The notes: generated by a model not told the origin, from the letters alone. Counted from the first letter of the whole stretch, positions 9,799 to 20,460 are shown. The stretch is DNA of 63,633 nt, filler included, from Chrysochromulina tobinii (GCA_001275005.1; 6 parts of 6 records of this genome joined end to end with filler, not necessarily neighbours in it); one strand, 5' to 3'. Made by a program: numbers and translations.

Positions 9799-10656
9799 AT
9801 GGCCTCCGTGGGTGCGGAGTGCGGCGTCTGCCTGCGCCCGTTCTCGGTCCATCAGGGTCAACCGTGTCCGAGCGAGCAGGCCATCGCGGCGCTGGCTAGT
9901 TGCGACGCCACCCACCAAGTCCACGAGCTTTGCGAGGCTGACGGAGAATGTGGCACCTCGAGGACCTTGAACAACTGCGGCAGCCACGACGTCTACGAGC
10001 GCTGCCTGGTCCCGGGGCTGCGCCAACCACCGTGGTCGCCACCCCGGCCGCCCGCTCAGCCCCCGAACCCAGCGTTCCCTCCCTCGCCGCCCCGGCCGCC
10101 GTTTACGCCGCTGCAGCCGTGCGAGCCGGGCGTGTGTGTGGCCGGCATTGAATGTGGCATGTGCTTGCGCCGCCTCGGGTCGAACGCGGACGATCAGCCT
10201 TGCCCGGATGAAGGCAAGGTCGCTGCGCTGCCGATGTGTCTCACGGGTATGCGCCTCTCCGCCGAGTGCGAGGGAGACGGCGAGTGCGGAACCGACCGGA
10301 CGCTGAACAACTGTTTGTGGCACGACATCTACGTGCGCGAGGCATGCATCCCGCCTGCACCACTAACCCTAACCCTAGCCCCTAGCCAACCCGGGCCTAA
10401 CGGCGGAGTCATCGCCGTCGTCGTGCTCGGCCTCCTCTCCCTCGCCCTCGCCCTCGCCGCATACTGCTGGGTGCGGCGGCGCAGCGCGTCCGGACGGCGC
10501 AAGTCGTTTAAAAACATGCTGGGCGCCCCCTTCTCGGCTGGGGTCACGGTCAATACCGAGTCGACGTTTCAAGTGCACGTGGCATCTCCGCTCTCGGGCA
10601 TGCCACGTGGCATGCCCGCCGAGGTTAGGCGCGTAGGTGGCGAAGACGGGCTCTGA
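9799..10656 (+). CDS. Single-pass membrane protein with two Cys-rich CE(A/G)DGECGT-x3-LNNC domains
   Basis: Duplicated Cys domain, Pro linker, TM segment VIAVVVLGLLSLALALAAYCWV followed by RRR; 5' end uncertain. Confidence 0.65.
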   Translation: MASVGAECGVCLRPFSVHQGQPCPSEQAIAALASCDATHQVHELCEADGECGTSRTLNNCGSHDVYERCLVPGLRQPPWSPPRPPAQPPNPAFPPSPPRPPFTPLQPCEPGVCVAGIECGMCLRRLGSNADDQPCPDEGKVAALPMCLTGMRLSAECEGDGECGTDRTLNNCLWHDIYVREACIPPAPLTLTLAPSQPGPNGGVIAVVVLGLLSLALALAAYCWVRRRSASGRRKSFKNMLGAPFSAGVTVNTESTFQVHVASPLSGMPRGMPAEVRRVGGEDGL

Positions 10657-11132
10657 GCGCCGTAGTGAGCGACGTGGCCGTGTGTGCGTCGATTCACTCG
10701 CCCTCGAGCTCATCGACATCCCAATCGAGCGGAAGACGGGGAGCCAGTCCGTGTATTTGTACATGGACCACCCGTTGCCGTGACAGTGGACCCTGAGGGT
10801 TTTGTCGATTGTGGGTTGAGCGGGGACCAGTGGGGAGGGATTAGGGAGGGACAAAGGCGAAAGCTCCGACCCCGGTGGTAGGTGCCGTCTAGATCGGGTC
10901 CATGCACCTCCATCGAATGGTCGGGTCGCGTCGCGGGGGCGGTGAGACGGGTGAGAGACACACAGGCAAGAGACGAGAGATAGCGTAAAGTGAAATGTAC
11001 AAAAGGACCGCGGACATCATGACATACGTGATCGGATCCCGCGTCTAACGCTTCCACGCTTCCAGGGTGACCCCGTTACCTGATACCTCGGGCCTCTACA
11101 ACTGTGGCTCTCGTCTCGTTCGCTGCTTCGCT

Positions 11133-12522
11133 CTAGACGACAATCCCGCGCCGGCCCACATCGGCGTGCCAGCGCTCGAACCGTTCGGCCAGCCGCGTGC
11201 GCGCGCGCTCGAGCGTCGTCTCGAGCGCAACGCCGGCCACCGGCTCGAGCCGCATATCGACCGGCGTGTAGCCGCGGTACTCGCCCCCGGTCGAGAGCTC
11301 GAGTGGCCCATACTCGACCGTTGCGCTCAGGCGCGTGTCACGGGCCGAGATTGACGAACGTTCACGAGCATCCCAGACGATCTCCCACCATTCGTAGAAG
11401 CGCTCGGCCTGATGAGTGAGGCAATCAGGTGCACTCAGACCACTCTCAGAGGTCATCAAGTGCAATCAGGTGCACTCAGACCACTCTCAGAGGTCATCAA
11501 GTGCAATCAGGTGCACTCAGACGCACTCAGACGCACTTAGAACTCATCATCAGACGCACTCGGGGAGGCCCTCAGAGCTCTTCAACGTACCGCTTGAGCG
11601 ACCGCCGCGTGCTCGACGTCGGCGACCTGCGGCGACTGCGCCGTACCGATGCGAGCATGCACGTGGTCAACGGCGGGCGCGATCGTGCTCGTGAGCAGGC
11701 GGTGCTCTTCGGCGCTGTCGAGGAGCCGCTCGCACTTGACTACCCAGTGCGAGAAGTCGGACGTCAGGCGGAGCGATGGCACTTTGGCGAGCAGGCGCGC
11801 CGTCGCAAACGGGCAGCAGAGATACCTGACGAGGGACCCAATCAGAAGTCATCAAGTGACAATCAAGTGTGCAATCACATGCAATCAGCAGAGATACCTG
11901 ACTACCTGACGAGGGACCCAATCAGAAGTCATCAAGTGTACAATCAAGTGTGCAATCACATGCAATCAGCAGAGATATACCTGACGAGGGACCCAATCAG
12001 AAGTCATCAAGTGTACAATCAAGTGTGCAATCACATGCAATCAGCAGATATATACCGGCCGCGGTGCGTCTCGTGCGACACGGCAGGCAGCACGTCGAGG
12101 GCGCGCACGTCCGCGACTGCTCGCTCGAAGTACTCGAGCGCCTCGCTCTCGCTCCATGCATCGCTGCCACTGTGGGCGTTCACACGGATCAACGGCGAGG
12201 AGCCCTGCGTCGACGAGGAGAGCTCGGCGATCTGGCGCAGCTGTGCCAGCAATGCGTCGCCGTGGCTCGCCACAGTCCTCGCCGCGTCAAATGGTCCCTC
12301 GTAGTTGGTCCACGAGCTGTATGCTGAAAGGATGAAACTCATGCCCTCGGATTGCGCCGCAGCCAGGCACTCGCGACGCTCCTCGTAGGTGCCGCCGATG
12401 TCGTCGAGGCTGGCCTCGACGCCGTGCCAACCGCTCGTGCGGAGCGCGGCCATCGTGCGGCAACGGTCACCCGCGCGCAAGTTGGCCAGGCCCCACGCCG
12501 AGCGGAGCTGCAGCAGCCGCAT
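11133..12522 (-). CDS. Xylose-isomerase-like TIM-barrel (sugar phosphate isomerase/epimerase family); exons 12522-12056, 11825-11591, 11408-11133
   Basis: NAHSGSD, HETHRGR|YL, LTSDFSHW, HVHARIG, VEYGP motifs join in frame after removing two GT-AG introns. Confidence 0.8.
11409..11590 (-). other. Repeat-rich GT-AG intron ending in CTGATTGCCTCACTCATCAG
   Basis: GTACGT donor; splicing joins VAQA|AERFY. Confidence 0.8.
11826..12055 (-). other. Intron made of three tandem GT..AG units
   Basis: Units 11826-11897, 11906-11980 and 11981-12055 are near-identical. Confidence 0.8.
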
Positions 12523-12625
12523 GCGTCCGATTAGATGGCGAGAAGTGGTGGGGCGCGGTTTCCGACCATTTTCGGACGAAGTGGACGAAAGTGGGGCGGT
12601 GATTTTCGAACGTCCGTCTGCGGAA

Positions 12626-14350
12626 TGAATGGCAGGATCTTCACAAGCTTGCTAGAAATGCGGCGAGTGCTGACTCCGTATGAGGCGAGCGAGGAGCTGC
12701 TGCTGCAGCAGAAGCCCGCCAAACGCGTGGCGCGCTGCGCGCCGAGCAATGCGCAGTGGTATGCGTTCGCCAACCTGCTCAAGACGATGATCGGCAGCGG
12801 GCTGCTCACGCTTCCGTGGGCGACTGCCCAATTCGGCCTGGTCCCATCGCTGCTCGGGCTGCTCTACCTGGCTTACCTGTCGCAGGCGGCGATCCGGCTG
12901 ACGGTGCGTTGCGTCGCCTTCTCGCCCCTCGAGCGCAAGACGCTCGTGGACGAGCTGCGCCACACGGGTAGCCTGCACAGCTCGCGGCGCCAGTCGCGCG
13001 CGACAGAGGCGTCGCGCGCGACGGACGACGAGGGGAGGCGCTCGCGCGTCTCCTTCCTTGCAGACGCGCTTCGTGACAAGCCCCGCGCCACAGTCGTCAA
13101 CGACGGGCACGGCGCCGGCTCGTGGCAGATCATCTCGACCCAGGCGTTTGGTGAGCCGGCGCGCGTGTTCACGATCGTGCTGCTGATGGCGGCGCAGGCG
13201 GGCGCGAGCGTGTCGTACTTTGACTTCGTGACGGCCGCGCTCGGTACCTACCTCGGCACGCCGCGCCTTGTCAACATCATCTCGGTCTGGGCGGTGCTGT
13301 GCGCGCTCTCACTGCTCAAGCAGCTCAAGAGCGTCGCGTGGCTTTCGGCGGCGGGGCTGCTGACTTACCTCTTCGTGCTGGCGCTGTTGGGTTACTTTGG
13401 TGCCGAGCAGATGGTCAGCGAGGGCGTGCTGCCGGCCTACCAACCGTCCGCCCTCGCCAAGCCTGCCGGGCTAGGCGCGTGGTTCGGACCGGCCATCTTT
13501 GCCTTCGAAGGGATGGGAACGGCCCTCTCGATTTATGAGGCGATGGAGGATGCGGACCCGCGCCCCTTCTTTTCTGTCGTCTCGTCGACATACCTGATCA
13601 GCTACGTGCTCTATGGAGGCGTGGGCGCGTTTGGGTACTTGGCGTGGCAGGGGGGCGTGTGCCCTGTCATCATCGACTGCTTCCCAACGTACAACACCAC
13701 CCCGGGCGCTGTGAACTCGGTCAACGCGGACCTGGCGATGGCGGCGCACGTGGCCCTCTCTATCATCCTCGGCCTCTCGTTTGTGTTGCAGGTGCACGTG
13801 TTGCCTCTGATTGCCTCAGAGAGGATTCCCTCTGATACCTTCTGATACCTTCTGATACCTTCTGATTGCCTCAGAAGGGGAGTACCGGCCTCTCGTTTGT
13901 GTTGCAGATGGCCATCAGAGGGCCATCAGAGGGCCATCAGAGCACACTCGCTGCTTGCCTAAGATTGCAACGCTGATGGCCCTCTCCATCAACCTTCGTC
14001 TCCTCCCCTGCTGCATGCAGATGACGCCCGTGTACCATGTGATCGAGGATCTTCTCCACCGGCGCAACACCGGCGTGCTACCGCACAGCTTATGGCCGTT
14101 GACACGCGCGCTCGTCGTCGGTGTGGTCGCCCTCGTCGGAGCCCTAGTTCCCGATATGGAAACGATGGTGAGCCTCACCGGTTCGATCGCGTTCTCAGCG
14201 ATCGGCTTCATCCTCCCTGGGGTCTTCTTTCTGCGCCTCCAGCCTGCAGCAGGCCCTCCCTCCTGGTCCGCTCAGCTCCCTAGGGAGGGGACGGCAGGGC
14301 TCCCCTCCCCCACTGGTCACCCCACTAGTCACCCCACTGGTCACCCGAGC

Positions 14351-14381
<31 letters not shown>

Positions 14382-14494
14382 CTAGCGGCTTCAGCGTGCG
14401 CCGGATGCGCCACTGGTGGGACCAGATTGTGGCGGTGCTGCTCATCATCACGGGCCTCATCGGCGGCACCCTCGGCGTCCTCTCCAACCTCTGA
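12626..14494 (+). CDS. Amino acid transporter (AAAP/Aa_trans, SLC36-like); intron 13792-14020
   Basis: NLLKTMIGSGLLTLPW, FAFEG, FGYLAW, SLTGSIAFS...FILP; multiple TM helices; start codon uncertain (12626 or 12658). Confidence 0.85.
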
Positions 14495-14539
14495 AGGTTC
14501 ATTCTGAAGGTGGGTGCGGCGACGGCGGACGAATGTGCG

Positions 14540-14617
14540 ATGACGAATGTGATTCGACCGCTACTAATGAGCTACTAATGAGCTACTAATGAGCTACTAA
14601 TGACGAATGTGATTCGA
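14540..14617. repeat. (GAGCTACTAAT)n array flanked by TGACGAATGTGATTCGA direct repeats
   Basis: Seen directly in the 3' intergenic region. Confidence 0.8.
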
Positions 14618-14968
14618 ACCCTACAGACTACACACCCCACCAGGTCTTCGCATCAGGTCTTCACTAGCCATGTCACAGCAGGTCTTCACATCACCTCTTG
14701 TACACTTATCACGATGGACTATGGACTGATGTGTGCTGTGCGCTGCGCGGCGCCACCGTCTATGTGCGGATCAGAATGAGTACACAATGTATAATTCCTG
14801 AAGCGTGGTCCGTGTACAGTGTCTGCACCGGCACGCGGCAGTGCTCTTATGACCGGAGCTTATCTAATCCTTGTATGCGCAGTGATACCGTACAAGGGCG
14901 ACCCAAGCCCTCTGCGATCGAGCTGAACAACCCAACCTGCACATGAGATCAGAGTCCTCATTCTATGA

Positions 14969-17425
14969 CTATTTGGAGTGATTTCGTGATCGGCCTGCAG
15001 CGCCAAGACGGTCTCGGCGCGAGGCGCGGCGGCGGCGGCGGATGGTCGTGTACGAGGCTGAAGCCGCATGACCGGTGCGCCCGTCGCCCATCAGCACCCT
15101 CTGAAATCCGGCGGTGCGCGGCACAAAGTCCTCCAGCGGCGCGAGGGCGCTGAGCAGCTGCCACCAGATGCATGCGAGCTCGTGCCGGTGCAATCGCCTC
15201 GCCAGCCGCTGCCCGTTGTTCGCAATGTGCGCGGCGGCCTGCGGGTTCGTCACGAGCCACGCGACCCTCTCGGCGAGATCGGCGAGATTGTCGGCGACTG
15301 GTACGTAGTGGGTCCAGGGCACGAGCAGCCGTGTGAAGGCTTCCTCGTACGGCGACGCCTGACGCAGCACGGTCGCACCCCGAGCGAGGGCGGCAAGCAG
15401 TCCGTGTGGTGGCCCCTGCCCATCGAGGATCAGTTCCCAAGCGAAGGCACAAGGGTTGAGCTGCGATCTGGGCGTACCCGCCCTCGCCCCCTGCGGCAGG
15501 CTTGTCACCACCTCGGGCGCGCCGGCAACCGCCTCGGGCGACGCCCATGCCTTGTCCGCGGCGGCGCTGACGACGCCGCCGGCGGCGGCGATGGCGGTTG
15601 CGGCGGCGGCGGTGGTGGCGGCGGCGGCACGCGTCTCCGCCCTGAGCTCGGCCGCCGCCTTGGCATCCCATGCCGCCTCGAGAGCCAAGCCCTCCGCCGC
15701 AGGGCCGGTGCATGCTTCGCCCGGCGCGCTGATTACGATCCGTCCGAGCAGCGGCGGCGTCGCCGCGAGGAGCGCGGCGCGGTGGTGCGTGTAGAAACGC
15801 CACAGTGGGCCGCGGAAGCCGTCCACCGATCCACGGCATTCGCTCTGCAAGAGGAGCTGCTGGCGGCGCGCTGTCGAGGGATGCTCGGGGCAGCTCGGCA
15901 GCGCACTACTGCCGCTCCCTCCTCCACCGCCGCCGCCGCCGCCGCTGACACTGCCGCCGCCGCTGCCCCAAAAGTGGTGCGGTGCGGGGGCGGGCACATC
16001 GTTGTGGGCTGGGTCCGTGGCGGGGGCGAGTACCAACTCCAAATTCTGCCCGGGCACCTTGGGCAGTGGCGCCGTGTGCGCGACCCACTCGACATCCGGC
16101 AGCCGTACTAGTGCCATCACCTCACGCACCATCGAGAGGTACGCAGCGTCTTCCGAACCAGCAGACGGCTCCCCACGAGTGGAGGCGACGGCGGCCGTCT
16201 GCCCCGCGCGCGGCGCGCTCGGCTGCCATCGGAAACCGAGCACTCCGTTGCGGATGCTCAGGTGCAGCGAGGGTCGTTCGTAACGGTTCGCGTATGGATA
16301 CATTTCGTGCCAGAATGCAATGTCGAGCGCCGTCGCACTCACGCCGCCGTCAGCCCAAGGTGCCAACGCGCGCTGGAGGAGCGGCGCGTAGTCGGAGGCA
16401 TTGTACTCCCATGCCGACGGCGCGCTCCCGCGCACCGGGCAGCGCGCCGTCCCGTCGAGCATCCGCGCCCTCGCCTCCAGCTCCGCGGCGAGCTGTTCCG
16501 CCGGCTTTGGTGCCGCCTTCGCGACTTGACTCAGACCCGAGTAACCGTCAAAGACCGGATGCTCGTCGCCGACCATGCGTAGCAGGCCGCCCGTGAGCAC
16601 GGAGCGGACGACGCCCCACTCGGCCATCCCGTCGGCTGCTTCGATAGCAAACAGGCACGCCGGCTCGTCCGTGCACGAGGTCATCGCGCTCGCCAGCCCA
16701 CCATCGGCCTCCACGTGGAGGTATGTATTCGTCTTTTGGAACTTGAACGAGTAGTACGCGGGCGCCCACACGCACGCACGGGTCTCGGTCGCGGCGGCGA
16801 AGCGCCCGTATGGCACTTCGGTCCGGATGAGCGCCGTCGAGTCCGCCCTTGGCGCCGGCCGCCAGGGTGGGTGGTTTCCGTGGCCGCGTACGAAGCCACC
16901 GGGCCGTGAGTTGACATGGCCTTTGCTCCCCTTGTTGAGCAAGTGGCCGCCGCCGCCTTCCGGCACCCACCGCCACAGCGTGTCGGGGCCCACGCGCCGC
17001 CCGTCGACCACCAGCACCCAGTCGCGATCCGCGCTGAAGTGCGAATTGTCCCACGCGTTCGCCTCGATGCATGGCCGCAGCTCCTTGCCCGCAGGCGGCG
17101 GCAGGCTGGAGCTGGGACGCCAGGTCGCGACTGGCTTTTGCGCCGCGGATGAGGGTGCAGCGGCTCCGCTCAACGTCTGCACGACTGTCCCTGAGGACAG
17201 TCGTTGAGGCGAGGGTCCCACCTTTGCTGGTGGCGGCGGCGGGGCTATCGCGTCTACGGCGGCGGCGGCGTTGGGTGCATCAGCGACGAGGCTCTTTGCG
17301 GGCCGCAAGACCACCAATCGCTGCTCGATTGAGTTGGGGAAGTTGCACAAATAGTAGATTGCGCACGCGAAGACCAGGAGCACCGTGTATTGCGCGAGGG
17401 TCGTGAGAAGGGCGGCCGACGCCAT
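14969..17425 (-). CDS. Type II membrane glycosyltransferase family 90 (CAP10/KDELC-like) with an upstream putative beta-trefoil region
   Basis: N-terminal TM; LILDGQG, VLRQASPYEEAF, LVPWTHYVPV, DLAERVAWL...AAHIANNG GT90 C-terminal pattern. Confidence 0.75.
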   Translation of the reverse strand: MASAALLTTLAQYTVLLVFACAIYYLCNFPNSIEQRLVVLRPAKSLVADAPNAAAAVDAIAPPPPPAKVGPSPQRLSSGTVVQTLSGAAAPSSAAQKPVATWRPSSSLPPPAGKELRPCIEANAWDNSHFSADRDWVLVVDGRRVGPDTLWRWVPEGGGGHLLNKGSKGHVNSRPGGFVRGHGNHPPWRPAPRADSTALIRTEVPYGRFAAATETRACVWAPAYYSFKFQKTNTYLHVEADGGLASAMTSCTDEPACLFAIEAADGMAEWGVVRSVLTGGLLRMVGDEHPVFDGYSGLSQVAKAAPKPAEQLAAELEARARMLDGTARCPVRGSAPSAWEYNASDYAPLLQRALAPWADGGVSATALDIAFWHEMYPYANRYERPSLHLSIRNGVLGFRWQPSAPRAGQTAAVASTRGEPSAGSEDAAYLSMVREVMALVRLPDVEWVAHTAPLPKVPGQNLELVLAPATDPAHNDVPAPAPHHFWGSGGGSVSGGGGGGGGGSGSSALPSCPEHPSTARRQQLLLQSECRGSVDGFRGPLWRFYTHHRAALLAATPPLLGRIVISAPGEACTGPAAEGLALEAAWDAKAAAELRAETRAAAATTAAAATAIAAAGGVVSAAADKAWASPEAVAGAPEVVTSLPQGARAGTPRSQLNPCAFAWELILDGQGPPHGLLAALARGATVLRQASPYEEAFTRLLVPWTHYVPVADNLADLAERVAWLVTNPQAAAHIANNGQRLARRLHRHELACIWWQLLSALAPLEDFVPRTAGFQRVLMGDGRTGHAASASYTTIRRRRRASRRDRLGAAGRSRNHSK

Positions 17426-17573
17426 CGTGTGAGAACGCTACCCTGACCAGCCTGTGAACCGCGTCTCAAAATCTCTCGCGGACTCTCTATAATTGTGTAG
17501 GCCACAGCCTCACTTTCTACCTTTTCGTGTTTCTCGCAAGTCTCGCTTTGTCTGCGGATTCGCAAACGGCTGC

Positions 17574-18839
17574 ATGGAGGCGACTAACGTCGCGCGGTCG
17601 GCTTTCTCGCCTGGTATACACATCCTCACGGCCGCGGACGGCGAGCGGCTGGCCAAGGACCCGAGTGGCTCGGGCCAGAGCTTCGGCCAGGCCATCGACG
17701 AGATGGGCAAGCGCTCCGCTCGCGCGCAGGGTCTCAAGAAGCCGATCACGACCTGGATCGGCTTCCGCTGCAGCGACAACCGGCTGATCGTGTCCATGGG
17801 CGGCCCGACGGTCCCTCACGGGCCACCTACGATCCGCGGTATTCTCCGCGTCGGCAGCCGGCAGCTCTTCGTGCGCAAGGGTCCGGATGCGCCCTACTCG
17901 CAGATCTCGCCGCTGTGCGTGCTGGACTTCTACGTGCACGAGTCGTGCCAGCGGACGGGCGACGGCCGGCGCATGTTTGACGCGATGCTCGCGCACGAGC
18001 ATCGGCAGCCGCACCAGCTCGGCTACGACCGCCCCTCGCCCAAGCTCATGGCCTTCTGTGCAAAGCACTACGGCCTGCGCGACTACATCCCGCAATCCAA
18101 CAACTTTGTGGTGTTTAGTCAGTACTGGAGCGGCAGCGCAGCGCCGATGGGCGGCGGCGGCAGCACCGACCGTCCTCTCCGGATCGGGCGCAGCAGCGTG
18201 CATAGGCTGCGGCATGAGGTGGCGGCATCCCGTGGCGCCCAGTACGACGCCAAGCTTCCAGAGCCTCAGCGGCACGAATGGCCCGAGCAAGTACCGCCGC
18301 CGCAGCAGCAGCCGGAGCCGCCGTCGCCGTTTGCGGCGCAGCAACACTCGTTTGCGGCGCAGCAACACTCGTTTGCGGCGCAGCAACACTCGTTTGCGGC
18401 GCAGCCGCACTGGTCTCCACCGCCGCAGCCGTCCGTGCCCGCCGCGCCGCCGCCGCCCGCGCCGCATGCTTCCGCGCCACCTTCGGACTTCCATATTAGG
18501 CAACCGCCCTCGGACTATTGCGGGTTTGCGGCGGCGGCCGTGCTGGGCGCGCCGCTGTCCTCTCTGGGCCCTCTGACTCGGCGTGACTTGCCAGCGCCGC
18601 CGCCGTCGCAGCCGGCGAGGGCGGGCAGCGTCGGCGCCCTCCTCTCCGGCGCTGGTGGCGCTAGTGGCGCTGCCGCTGGCTGGTTGCAGAGCGGCCGCGC
18701 GCCCATCTCGGCGTCCATGACGCCGCCGCTACCGACACCGCTGGCGCAGCTGCCGCTCTCCTCGGCGAATATGAGCGCCGATGCGCGCGAGCGATACCAG
18801 CGCGAGGCGGCTAAACGCATCCACGCACGCCCGTTCTGA
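17574..18839 (+). CDS. ATAT1: Alpha-tubulin N-acetyltransferase (MEC-17/ATAT1 family)
   Basis: IDEMGKRSARAQGLKKPITT, PLCVLDFYVHESCQRTGDG, YDRPSPKL, PQSNNFVVF. Confidence 0.92.
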   Translation: MEATNVARSAFSPGIHILTAADGERLAKDPSGSGQSFGQAIDEMGKRSARAQGLKKPITTWIGFRCSDNRLIVSMGGPTVPHGPPTIRGILRVGSRQLFVRKGPDAPYSQISPLCVLDFYVHESCQRTGDGRRMFDAMLAHEHRQPHQLGYDRPSPKLMAFCAKHYGLRDYIPQSNNFVVFSQYWSGSAAPMGGGGSTDRPLRIGRSSVHRLRHEVAASRGAQYDAKLPEPQRHEWPEQVPPPQQQPEPPSPFAAQQHSFAAQQHSFAAQQHSFAAQPHWSPPPQPSVPAAPPPPAPHASAPPSDFHIRQPPSDYCGFAAAAVLGAPLSSLGPLTRRDLPAPPPSQPARAGSVGALLSGAGGASGAAAGWLQSGRAPISASMTPPLPTPLAQLPLSSANMSADARERYQREAAKRIHARPF

Positions 18840-18990
18840 GCGATGCCGTCGGCGAACTGTACCCCCAGAGTGCCGTCCGGACTACTTGTACGGTACATCG
18901 CGAAAAAGCCGGATTGCTTCCGCGGCTTCCTCTTTCGTGAAAACTTCGCGATGAAAGTGCTCGGAAAGTGCTCGAAGACTCGTGCGGGTC

Positions 18991-20460
18991 ATGGCCCTTC
19001 TCGCGCCAGGCCCGCCGGCCTTCCCAATTATTGGGTCACTACCGTTTGTGGGCCTCGGCAAAGTATCTTCCCAGCTTGGCCCGCCGCTACATCGTCGCTT
19101 GGCGCAGCTTCCGTATGGCGATGTGATGACGGTCTGGATGGGCCGCGAACCGTGGCTGGTCCTTCAGAGCCCCGAGGCGGTGCATGAGGCGTTCGTCGAG
19201 AAAGGCTCTGACTTTAGTGGCCGCCCGATGGTGACCTCGATGGGCATATCTGCTGGTGGCGGCGAGGCAGGCTTTGCCAAAGCCGTCCCGGATCGTGCGC
19301 TCGGCCAGCTGCGCCGTACGGCGTTCTCGCAGCTCTTCTCGGCAGCGCAAGTGGAGCGTGCACAGGCCGAGTTTGACGCGGAGGCACGGTTGCTGGCAGA
19401 GCATCTGCTCGCCTCGAGCGACAGCGCTTCGCTGCGCTCGAGCCTGCGCCGCTGCGTTCAGAACATGGTGCTTCGCTTCGCATTTTCGACACGAGTGGCG
19501 CACCCGACAGAGGAGCCGCCGTCCAGGCTGAGCACTGACACGGCCCCCTTTGGCACGCTGCTTGAGCTGACCGACGCCATCTGGTCCGAGCTCACCGCCA
19601 CCTCCACCTTTGTGTCCGACCTGCTAGGTGTGCCTGCGGACTCGGCCGTTCGCGACAGGCTGCGGAATCTCGTCAGCGAACGTAACGCTCTGCTCGTCGA
19701 GCTGATCGAGGCGCGACGCGTGGCACACGCGCGCGGCGGAAATGGCGCTCGCGCGGACGCACCGCGCAACGACATGCTCGACGTACTGCTGGTCTCGGGT
19801 CTGCCTCCAGAGGATGTGCTCTTCACACTCGTCGACCTCTTCGTCGCCGGTGTGAATACGGTCAGCACGACGCTCGAGTGGACGTTACTTCTCGGAGCCG
19901 AATTCCCGCTCGAGCAGGCTCGTGCACGCGCGGTGGCCACACGCAGCGTCGGCGGTGGCAGTGGCGGCGCGCCCACGACGGCGCTCTCATACGTGGACGC
20001 GCTCACGAATGAGGTGTTGCGCTACAAGCCGCCGCTGCTGCTCCCTCGGATGGCCGTGCGCGACACGTCCGTGGGCGGCTTCGCCGTGCCCAGCGGCCAC
20101 GTCGTCTTTGCAAACCACTGGGCGCTCACGCGCTCCGAGGCCCACTGGCGCGATCCAACGGCGTTTCGTCCGGAGCGCTGGCGCTCAGCTGACGAGGAGG
20201 CGGGCTTCGGCGCGGCGCGGGGCGCGTCAGCATGCAAGTTCCTGCCATACTCAATTGGGCAGCGCGCGTGCCCGGGACAGCGCCTCGCGCAGGCGGAGCT
20301 GCACGCCGCCACCACGGCGCTCCTGGCCACCGTGCGCTGGCGCCGCATGGCGCCGATCGACCTGTCTGAGGATTTTGGACTCACGCTCACGCCCGCCGTC
20401 GAGCAACAGCTGCGCTTTGAGCGAGTCGAGCGCCGTGCTGCGCCTCGACGGCTCCTTTAG
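18991..20460 (+). CDS. Cytochrome P450
   Basis: PGPPAFPIIGSL hinge, LFVAGVNT I-helix, EVLR, FRPERW, PYSIGQRACPG heme motif. Confidence 0.92.
   Translation: MALLAPGPPAFPIIGSLPFVGLGKVSSQLGPPLHRRLAQLPYGDVMTVWMGREPWLVLQSPEAVHEAFVEKGSDFSGRPMVTSMGISAGGGEAGFAKAVPDRALGQLRRTAFSQLFSAAQVERAQAEFDAEARLLAEHLLASSDSASLRSSLRRCVQNMVLRFAFSTRVAHPTEEPPSRLSTDTAPFGTLLELTDAIWSELTATSTFVSDLLGVPADSAVRDRLRNLVSERNALLVELIEARRVAHARGGNGARADAPRNDMLDVLLVSGLPPEDVLFTLVDLFVAGVNTVSTTLEWTLLLGAEFPLEQARARAVATRSVGGGSGGAPTTALSYVDALTNEVLRYKPPLLLPRMAVRDTSVGGFAVPSGHVVFANHWALTRSEAHWRDPTAFRPERWRSADEEAGFGAARGASACKFLPYSIGQRACPGQRLAQAELHAATTALLATVRWRRMAPIDLSEDFGLTLTPAVEQQLRFERVERRAAPRRLL

Noticed and set aside
11826..12055. CRISPR-like appearance of the repeats here and at 44444-45700
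   Set aside because: No unique spacers of regular length and no cas genes; eukaryotic intron context.
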